From the NCBI RefSeq assembly GCF_003585885.1, contig NZ_NRHC01000040.1, positions 1 to 24,000 of the forward strand: DNA of 24,000 bases. The letters are read 5' to 3'. The DNA comes from Psittacicella hinzii. Its GTDB lineage: Bacteria; Pseudomonadota; Gammaproteobacteria; Enterobacterales; Psittacicellaceae. Each line of letters starts with the position of its first letter. The first letter of the stretch is position 1. A program made the position numbers and the translations under genes. The notes under the pieces are model-generated. The model worked only from the letters and a program-made list of their open reading frames with translations. It made no database searches and was not told where the DNA came from. Of the stretch, positions 6,799-13,454 are shown one piece after another.

Positions 6799-6830
6799 GG
6801 ATAAAATAACTAAGCAAAAGACTGGAAGAT

Positions 6831-8237
6831 ATGGTATATAAGCGATATTTTGCAGTACCTTTTGCCCAAGTCAAAAGTTTTGTTAAATTAGCTTATACTC
6901 AAACAAATATTTTGCCATTTAGTGCAAAGCCAAAATTTGATTATGAATTAAAATTGTGGTATCTAGAAAGCTCTGACGAGCGTATTCTTAACTGTGAATT
7001 ACAATTGCTTAATGATTACTTGCCTAAGCATGACACAAGTAGCGAAGTTATTGATTATAACGATCTAAGTAACTGGGTAAGTAATAAATTATCTGAGGTA
7101 GGTGTTAGAGATAACAAGGGAATTGTGCTGGATCTATCAAGCGGTAGCACAAAGTGGCGACGATGTGAAGTTCTGAACGGAAAGCGTGGGAATTTAGATA
7201 GTGGGTATTTACTAAAATACAACGGAAAAGTAGTTAATTTAATTATTTATAATTATAAACAAGAAGAAACACTTGAAAAATTTACATACGTAGTTGGACG
7301 AAATAATAGCAATACGGAATTAAGTAAAGAAGAAAAAGAAGAGTTAAAGCTAAAGCAACTAAATACGAAAGCTTATTATCAACAGAAAACGGAAGAAATT
7401 AAGAGTAAATATCAGGACGATAATAGAGCAAACATTGAAATTGAACATTGGTTTAAGCAGAACTCATCAAGCCTAGCTAAGAACAGTAATATAGTACCTT
7501 ACTATCTATTATCAAAAGGTTTGTACTATGATGACAATATCATGGTTTCACAAAGAAATATATTAGCTCCCGTTGGTAGTGATGTAAAAATTGAAATAGG
7601 TGATCTAATTGTACCAATCTACGACTGTAACAGTTTACTTGTGAAATCTTTTCAAATTATTAAACCTAACGGATTAAAAAGATTTCTTAAGAATTATAGC
7701 GTAAAGGACGGTATTAATTTTATCCATAAGAAACAATTTAATAAAAAGGCTATCTTATGCGAGGGGTATGCTACAGGTGCCAGTATAAAGCAAGGTTTTG
7801 ACCTAATACAATGTAATGATATAGATATTATTGTTTGCTTTAGCTTACATCACTTAGAGAACATTGCAAAACAATTAGGTCAAAGTTGCAAGTACAAGGA
7901 AATCGTAGTGCTTGCTGATGATGATAGAAATGAAAACGGGAGACCTACAAGAGATCTCCCGCCTATGAGTAATTACAATTTTGGATCAAGATCATGCACT
8001 GTGAAGTGGATCTTACCTCCGATAACTGACGAGGAGAAAAAAAATCTCTACAATTGCTTAAACACTAAAGTTGTTAATACTAATGAGTTTCGCGAAGCAA
8101 ATAGAGCTAAATTGCTCTCGTCAAGTTTTTACAAAATAAAAGATTTTAATGACCTTTATTTTTGCTTTTTGGTATTAGACTATAGTAATGGTTTAGCCTC
8201 TATAGTAAACAGAATGGTGTCTGCTTTTGGAGCTTAA
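6831..8237 (+). CDS. Plasmid/phage-type DNA primase: Toprim domain protein without a helicase domain, 468 aa
   Basis: Toprim signature ILCEGYATGASI (acidic Glu motif) ... IVCFSLHHL ... VVLADDDRNENG (DxD motif). This resembles TraC/Sog and P4-alpha-like primases (xAEGYATAAS ... AFDAGNL ... AADND). The N-terminus YFAVPF...LKLWY resembles the short DUF5710-type module found ahead of plasmid primases. The middle segment WRRCEVLNGKRGNLDSGYLLKYNGK resembles the primase recognition segment. Confidence 0.65.
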   Translation: MVYKRYFAVPFAQVKSFVKLAYTQTNILPFSAKPKFDYELKLWYLESSDERILNCELQLLNDYLPKHDTSSEVIDYNDLSNWVSNKLSEVGVRDNKGIVLDLSSGSTKWRRCEVLNGKRGNLDSGYLLKYNGKVVNLIIYNYKQEETLEKFTYVVGRNNSNTELSKEEKEELKLKQLNTKAYYQQKTEEIKSKYQDDNRANIEIEHWFKQNSSSLAKNSNIVPYYLLSKGLYYDDNIMVSQRNILAPVGSDVKIEIGDLIVPIYDCNSLLVKSFQIIKPNGLKRFLKNYSVKDGINFIHKKQFNKKAILCEGYATGASIKQGFDLIQCNDIDIIVCFSLHHLENIAKQLGQSCKYKEIVVLADDDRNENGRPTRDLPPMSNYNFGSRSCTVKWILPPITDEEKKNLYNCLNTKVVNTNEFREANRAKLLSSSFYKIKDFNDLYFCFLVLDYSNGLASIVNRMVSAFGA

Positions 8238-8355
8238 AACGTTGTCAATTGAGTACTTTTGTGGTATTCTAAAAAGATAATTCTTTGGTTACCAAAATGT
8301 TAACGTGTTTTTAAAATACTCCGAAGCTATCAGGTTTTTAAAGCTTCTCTCATAA

Positions 8356-8364
8356 TGGTATACT
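8356..8364 (+). promoter_or_regulatory. Extended -10 promoter candidate for dapD (TGgTATACT)
   Basis: TG at 8356-8357 and TATACT at 8359-8364, 68 nt upstream of the dapD ATG. There is no good -35 box. Confidence 0.35.
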
Positions 8365-8432
8365 ATTAACTTTATTCCTCCAAGTTTTTAATTTGGATAA
8401 AATCAACAGAATATTTATTCTTAAGGTCAAAC

Positions 8433-9266
8433 ATGTCTTACAATTTAGCAGAATTACAAGCTTTTATCGAAGCTGAATTCGAAAACAGAGCTTCTATTAA
8501 CCCACAAACAGCTAGCGATGATTTAAAAGCAGCAATTGAATATGTAATCAACCAATTAGATAAAGGTGCATTACGTGTAGCTGAAAAAATCGACGGTAAC
8601 TGGGTAACTCACCAATGGTTAAAGAAAGCTGTACTTTTATCTTTCCGCATTAAAGAGAACCAAATTATTGAAGGTGACTCAACTAATTACTACGATAAAG
8701 TTGATACTAAATTTAAATCTTACACTCAAGAAGATTTTGCTAACGCAGGTATCCGTGTAGTTCCAAATGCAGTTGCACGTAAAGGTTCACACATTGCTAA
8801 AAATGCAATTTTAATGCCTTCATATGTAAATATCGGTGCATATGTAGACGAAGGTACAATGGTTGATACATGGGCTACAGTTGGTTCATGTGCACAAATC
8901 GGTAAAAACGTACACTTATCAGGTGGTGTAGGTATCGGTGGTGTATTAGAGCCATTACAAGCTAATCCAACTATTATTGAAGACAACTGTTTTATCGGTG
9001 CTCGTTCTGAAATTGTTGAAGGCGTAATCGTTGAAGAAGGTTCTGTAATCTCTATGGGTGTTTTCATCGGTCAATCAACTAAAATTTACGATCGTGAAAC
9101 TGGTGAAATCCACTATGGTAGAGTACCAGCTGGTTCAGTAGTTGTTTCTGGTAGCTTACCTTCTAAATGTGGTAAATACAGCTTATACTGCGCTGTGATT
9201 GTGAAAAAAGTTGACGCAAAAACTCGTGGTAAAGTAGGTATTAACGAATTATTACGTTTAGACTAA
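8433..9266 (+). CDS. dapD: 2,3,4,5-tetrahydropyridine-2,6-dicarboxylate N-succinyltransferase
   Basis: Long blocks are essentially identical to E. coli DapD as I remember it ([29 protein letters not shown]; [66 protein letters not shown]; [28 protein letters not shown]). Confidence 0.95.
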   Translation: MSYNLAELQAFIEAEFENRASINPQTASDDLKAAIEYVINQLDKGALRVAEKIDGNWVTHQWLKKAVLLSFRIKENQIIEGDSTNYYDKVDTKFKSYTQEDFANAGIRVVPNAVARKGSHIAKNAILMPSYVNIGAYVDEGTMVDTWATVGSCAQIGKNVHLSGGVGIGGVLEPLQANPTIIEDNCFIGARSEIVEGVIVEEGSVISMGVFIGQSTKIYDRETGEIHYGRVPAGSVVVSGSLPSKCGKYSLYCAVIVKKVDAKTRGKVGINELLRLD

Positions 9267-9286
9267 TACAATAATACAAAAAAAAG

Positions 9287-9319
9287 GCAAGTCATTTTAC
9301 TGTGACTTGCTTTTTTTTT
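9287..9319 (+). terminator. dapD rho-independent terminator (GCAAGTCA / loop / TGACTTGC + T9), with an A-run upstream so possibly bidirectional
   Basis: Perfect 8-bp stem and T-run read directly, 20 nt after the dapD stop. Confidence 0.8.
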
Positions 9320-9331
9320 AATTAAGCATAT

Positions 9332-9367
9332 AAAAAAGTCTAGGTAGAAACTAACCTAGACTTTTTT
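9332..9367 (-). terminator. matP terminator hairpin (GTCTAGGT / loop / ACCTAGAC) flanked by A6 and T6
   Basis: Perfect 8-bp stem. The matP stop codon (9356-9358) lies inside the stem. A T-run follows the hairpin on the minus strand. Confidence 0.7.
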
Positions 9368-9781
9368 ATATGATTCTAATTTTTCTTTATCAACAAACTT
9401 TTCTAACAATAAAATAGCTTCGCTTAAGCTAACACCTTTAGCTGTTGAAAGTTCTGATAAAACTTTCCAAGCTTCATATTCTAAAAATACGCTCTTTTTA
9501 GCATATAAAACTACTTCATTGTCATCAGCTCTTTTTCTTCGAGCACGTACAGCCATATCTAGCTTTTTAACTAAATCTGGGTTTAAATGCTCTTCTACCC
9601 ATTTTTCGATTTGCTCTGGATACTCTCGTGAATTTATTAATTCTAAAGAAAACTGTCTAACCATTTCTTGTTCTATATACTTGGTTATGTTTTCCCCTTT
9701 TTGGTATTTAGAATTTAAATAATTCCATTTCCATTTAGCTTCACGTACAGGGAGCTTTTGATGTTTGCGATATTTCTTCAT
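9356..9781 (-). CDS. matP: Macrodomain Ter protein MatP homologue, 141 aa
   Basis: [23 protein letters not shown] aligns with E. coli [43 protein letters not shown] aligns with [32 protein letters not shown] aligns with RGKTLSETIVQLI. Confidence 0.85.
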   Translation of the reverse strand: [141 protein letters not shown]

Positions 9782-9817
9782 AAGAGAATATATTGTTAAG
9801 CGCTAACTTAACAAAAT

Positions 9818-10211
9818 TGGTGGAGCTGAGGGGATTTGAACCCCTGTCCGAAATCAGTCCATCCCAAGTTCTACATGTTTATTCTTATTTGTAATTTCAT
9901 TAGCTGGCAGTAAATAAGACGAAAGCCCAACTAACTAGATAGAATAAGATTTCATGTTTAAACGTCCTATCAGCATTTAAACACTAACTAGTTTATAAGA
10001 TTATAAGCATCGTATATCCCCTATGACCTACTAGTGGAGTAAGGAGAAGATGGCTTTACACAGGTTATTAAGCTGCTAAAGCAACGCCGTTGTTATTTGA
10101 ACGGCCAAAGAAAGCATTGTCTGCATTTATATTTATTCGAAGTTTTTAAAAGCTCTTCAACTTTACATGCCCTTGAAACTTCCATAATCCCGTCGAATCC
10201 AGAACAGCCCC
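9818..10211 (-). ncRNA. ssrA: tmRNA (SsrA), about 394 nt, one-piece
   Basis: On the minus strand the 5' end is GGGGCTGTTCTGGATTCGACGGGATT and the 3' end is GGACAGGGGTTCAAATCCCCTCAGCTCCACCA. The acceptor stem has G3-U. The internal tag frame GCA GAC AAT ... GCT TTA GCA GCT TAA TAA (10124 down to 10071) predicts the tag ADNAFFGRSNNNGVALAA. Confidence 0.95.
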
Positions 10212-10247
10212 GAAATCTTTGTTCATACTCAAGTTTTAAGTATATTT

Positions 10248-10276
10248 ATTATAACAAATGAAAGTTGTAAATGCAA
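10248..10276 (-). promoter_or_regulatory. ssrA promoter: TTGCAT - 17 nt - TATAAT
   Basis: On the minus strand, TTGCAT lies at 10276-10271, the spacer is exactly 17 nt, and TATAAT lies at 10253-10248. The promoter sits about 37 nt upstream of the mature 5' end, consistent with a processed precursor. Confidence 0.7.
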
Positions 10277-10312
10277 ATTTTGCCCTTTTACGACAAGTTC
10301 TACTAGCCATAG

Positions 10313-11257
10313 CTACTTCTTCTTTTTCTTAGCATTAAAGTCTAGTTTTACTTTAGAAGCACTCTCTGCAGAAAATTCTTCATGTAACTGTTTTAAATGT
10401 TCATTAGCTACATGGGTATATATTTGCGTGGCTTGTAAACTAGCATGCCCTAATAAAGATTGGACACTACGAATATCAGCTCCATGATTTAACATATGCG
10501 TAGCAAAGCTATGACGCAAGCTATGAGGACCAAAACCAGTCAGATCAAAATTAAAACATTTTTCAGCGTAATTACGTATTCTTTGCCAAAAGTTAGCTCT
10601 GGTCATAGGATTACCAGAAGCATTAACAAAAATATAGTCACTTGTTACTTCTTGCTGATGACGATAATGCGTTAGATAATTATTTAAATGAAAATAAGCT
10701 AAATTACTTACCGGCACAATACGCGTTTTAGAGCCTTTACCTTTAATACGCAAGGTTAAGTTTTTGCTATCTAATTGATTAAAAGTTAAGTTAACTAACT
10801 CTGAAATCCTTAACCCTGAAGAGTAAATTAGCTCTAGCATAGCACGATCTCGTAATCCCTTTGCCTTACTAAGATCAGGTTGCTTTAACAATAATTGCAT
10901 CTGCTCTTCTGTTAAGTAGACCATTTTAGGACGAATAGCTTTCGGTAATGACATCTTCAAAGTAGGATCTACCGAAATTATCCCTTGAGCAAAAAGATAT
11001 CTAAAAAACAAACGTATAGTTACTAACCAATGACGTAAAGTATTTACCGAAATATTTTCTTCTAGAGCTTGAATAAAGTAAAGATTGATATAATCCGTAT
11101 CCATTTCAGCAAAATTAAGATTTTGCTGTTCATAGTTCCATTTGTAAAATTTACTCAGGTTGTAGTAGTAAGAAGTAACTGTATTCTCACTCTTTTGTTC
11201 CACCAAGGATACGTTCTGGATAAAGCTATTTATTAATTGAGCATTATTCTTTGACAT
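10313..11257 (-). CDS. Tyrosine recombinase, XerD/XerC family, 314 aa with a lysine-rich tail
   Basis: All catalytic positions are present: GLRISEL (Arg), GKGSKTRIVP (Lys), HSLRHSFATH (His-x-x-Arg), LLGHASL (His), TQIYTHV (Tyr). The C-terminus THVANEHLKQLHEEF is closest to the XerD pattern THVATERLRQLHQQ. Confidence 0.8.
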   Translation of the reverse strand: MSKNNAQLINSFIQNVSLVEQKSENTVTSYYYNLSKFYKWNYEQQNLNFAEMDTDYINLYFIQALEENISVNTLRHWLVTIRLFFRYLFAQGIISVDPTLKMSLPKAIRPKMVYLTEEQMQLLLKQPDLSKAKGLRDRAMLELIYSSGLRISELVNLTFNQLDSKNLTLRIKGKGSKTRIVPVSNLAYFHLNNYLTHYRHQQEVTSDYIFVNASGNPMTRANFWQRIRNYAEKCFNFDLTGFGPHSLRHSFATHMLNHGADIRSVQSLLGHASLQATQIYTHVANEHLKQLHEEFSAESASKVKLDFNAKKKKK

Positions 11258-11497
11258 ATTTACATTAAAAACTTGTTACTCTAGATTAAACTAAATTATT
11301 TATCGTCTTACTCCTCAACATTAATAATTACCCTGACAATAGCAACTGTTGAAGCAATGATAATGACAATGAAAACAAGTCTCTTCTTTAGCGTAAACTA
11401 CAGTAACAAGACAATAACATAGAGAGCCAATATGGTTATCTCTTAAATGACTTTCTTATCGTCTAATGACTAAACTATTTTATCTACTTTAAGAGAA

Positions 11498-11535
11498 AAC
11501 TCCTCTAGATTAAATCTAAAGGAGTTCTTTTTTTT
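11498..11535 (-). terminator. Long hairpin terminator after the acid phosphatase gene (AACTCCTCTAGAT / TAA / ATCTAAAGGAGTT), with T8 on the + side
   Basis: A 13-bp stem with one mismatch, 12 nt beyond the stop at 11547. On the minus strand it is followed by TTTTCTCTT. The + strand has a cleaner T8 tail, so it may act bidirectionally. Confidence 0.65.
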
Positions 11536-11546
11536 AGAAAAAAATT

Positions 11547-12392
11547 TTAGTTTTGGAAATTAGTTAAATCCCAAGCTTTAAGTGAATCTACTAAAATTTG
11601 ATTTCTTTCACTTAAATTGAAGTTGTAGTAGTTTGGTACTAAAGTACTCATCCAGTTACCATACATAGGGTTAGGTAACACTACATATTTAACCCCAAAG
11701 TCTTTTTTATTTGCATCTACCCAAGCATTGCGCTCTTCTTTAGTTTTGAATTTACCTGCTTCTGGGAAGTCACGTAAATTATCACCAACATAAAGAACTA
11801 CATTACTATTAGCTTGTGCTTTAGCAAAACGAGATTCTTTAGAAGATACATCTCCTTTAAGAAGAACAGTTTGACTTGTTACTCCTGGGAAACCTAAAGC
11901 AACTAATGTTGCTTTTGTATAGTCTAAGTTAGCTTCAGAACGGTTTGAAACATAGTATACAACCCCACCTTTGCTAACTACATGTTTAGCAAACTCTAAT
12001 GCACCAGGTAATGCAACAGGTTGTCCTGTTTGCTCCCATTTACTCCAGTTTTTTGAACTAAATGGAATACCGTATTTTGCAACTCCTGCTTGGAAATCCC
12101 CATTACTGATCATAGTTTCATCTAGATCAACAACTACAGCTTTAGCTTTACCACGTACATTTTTTGCATTATCAAAAGCTACTGTTGCTACATTAAACGC
12201 TTGATAAGAAAGAGCACGGAACTCAGCTGCATTTTGTACCCAAGATGTTGCTGATACTAAATAAGCACCTGCTAATTGCTCTGGATTTAAAGTAGTAGTT
12301 GTTACTTGTTCATTGTTTGTTGAAGAAGAACATGCACTTAAAGTAACAGCAGCTAAAGCAGCTAAACATAAAGATGAAAATTTACCTTTCAC
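11547..12392 (-). CDS. Class C acid phosphatase / 5'-nucleotidase, lipoprotein e(P4) family, 281 aa
   Basis: Lipoprotein signal with lipobox LSAC. The DDDD-superfamily motifs VVDLDETM and YVGDNLRDF are present. There is extended similarity to Haemophilus influenzae e(P4) (Hel): YKALAYQAYN vs FRALSYQAFN, AVPGAVEF vs ALPGALEF, LPNANYGGW vs LPNPMYGNW. Confidence 0.85.
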   Translation of the reverse strand: MKGKFSSLCLAALAAVTLSACSSSTNNEQVTTTTLNPEQLAGAYLVSATSWVQNAAEFRALSYQAFNVATVAFDNAKNVRGKAKAVVVDLDETMISNGDFQAGVAKYGIPFSSKNWSKWEQTGQPVALPGALEFAKHVVSKGGVVYYVSNRSEANLDYTKATLVALGFPGVTSQTVLLKGDVSSKESRFAKAQANSNVVLYVGDNLRDFPEAGKFKTKEERNAWVDANKKDFGVKYVVLPNPMYGNWMSTLVPNYYNFNLSERNQILVDSLKAWDLTNFQN

Positions 12393-12677
12393 AGAAACCT
12401 CAAAATTTAATTAATTTATGGAAAGACTTCAGAGCACAATTAAATTGCGAAACGAAGCTAACAATATTTTATCAAACTATTAGCTGACTTTCACATAACA
12501 TTTTGCAATAAAGCTCTATTTTTCAATTATTTTCATCTTAATGTGCAAAGGATTAAATACCTAGAGGCAAATTAGCTATGGGTACTAGAAGTATTATTAC
12601 GAGAATTATGTTTTACTTACAGAAGATAAAATTGCAAAAAGTGCGATCAAAGACCACACTTTTTTAATAGCTCTAAT

Positions 12678-13349
12678 TTATTTTATAAACAGAGATGGCA
12701 TTAAATCCATACAACTTGACACTATTGCTTGGACGCCGATAGCAAGCATAAATAATCCCATCACCCTAGTGATCACGTTAATCCCTGTTTGCCCTAAAAA
12801 TCTTGTAATAAATGGCGAAACATAGAACAGGAAGTAAACGATCGCAGAGAAGATCATAGTTGTAACAACTAAGCCAACAAGTACCCAAGGACTTTCAACT
12901 CTTTCAGCCCATAGTACTGAAGTTGAAATTGCCCCAGGACCTGCAATTAATGGTAAAGCTAAAGGTACTACCGCAATACTTGCAGGTTGGAAGTTACTTT
13001 CATCAGCTTTGCTTTTTAATTCTTTACGCTCTTCATCATTTTGCTTCTGACTACTCATAGTCCCTTTAAGCATAGGGAAGGCAGCATTTGCAATCACGAT
13101 ACCACCAGCTAAACGAAAGGCGTTATTAGAGATACCAAAAAATTGCAGAATATATGCTCCAAGAAGCATTGAAACTACGATAATGACACAAATAGAAATT
13201 GCAGCTAAGATAGCTACGCGCTTTCTATCTCTTGGGTATAGATCAGAGGTTAAGCTGATAAAAATTGTCAAACCACTGAGAGGATTGGTTATAGCAAATA
13301 TTGCCAAGAAAAATGACAAACATGTGCCGAAAATATCCAGTTCTAACAT
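12678..13349 (-). CDS. MarC-family integral membrane protein, 223 aa
   Basis: Multi-pass hydrophobic protein with the N-terminal NPL motif region (AITNPLSGLTIF) and the size and topology typical of the MarC/YhgN family. Assigned from remembered family features. Confidence 0.6.
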   Translation of the reverse strand: MLELDIFGTCLSFFLAIFAITNPLSGLTIFISLTSDLYPRDRKRVAILAAISICVIIVVSMLLGAYILQFFGISNNAFRLAGGIVIANAAFPMLKGTMSSQKQNDEERKELKSKADESNFQPASIAVVPLALPLIAGPGAISTSVLWAERVESPWVLVGLVVTTMIFSAIVYFLFYVSPFITRFLGQTGINVITRVMGLFMLAIGVQAIVSSCMDLMPSLFIK

Positions 13350-13416
13350 GCTTAAAAAATTTTCAAAAGTTTAAAATTACCTAGATCATTTTAACACATC
13401 TATGGCAATTATTAAT

Positions 13417-13445
13417 AAAAAATCTCACCGCACAAGACGGTGAGA
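13417..13445 (-). terminator. Terminator after the second sppA paralogue (TCTCACCG / 7-nt loop / CGGTGAGA + T-run on the minus strand)
   Basis: Perfect 8-bp stem at 13423-13445. A6 at 13417-13422 reads as a U-run on the minus strand. It lies 10 nt after the stop at 13455. Confidence 0.75.
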
Positions 13446-13454
13446 ATTTCTAAA

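Larger units (their letters stand above)
1..8237 (+). mobile_element. Accessory island fragment (left boundary outside the window): co-directional orphan gene array with an AlpA-like HTH gene and a Toprim primase gene
   Basis: All credible ORFs in 1-8237 are on the + strand and most are separated by less than 50 nt. The only recognisable domains are mobile-element hallmarks: an AlpA/excisionase-type HTH and a Toprim primase. By eye, codon choice (frequent AGA, ATA, GGA) differs from the adjacent core genes (CGT, GGT, GTA in dapD). Core genes begin at 8433. No integrase or att repeat is visible inside the window. Confidence 0.5.

Noticed and set aside
10313-11257. The tyrosine recombinase next to ssrA as the integrase of a tmRNA-targeting genomic island
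   Set aside because: Islands that target ssrA insert at its 3' end, which here is the side at 9818 facing matP. The recombinase lies beyond the 5' end and promoter. Its sequence is XerD/XerC-like rather than phage-integrase-like. No duplicated ssrA 3' segment was found in the window.
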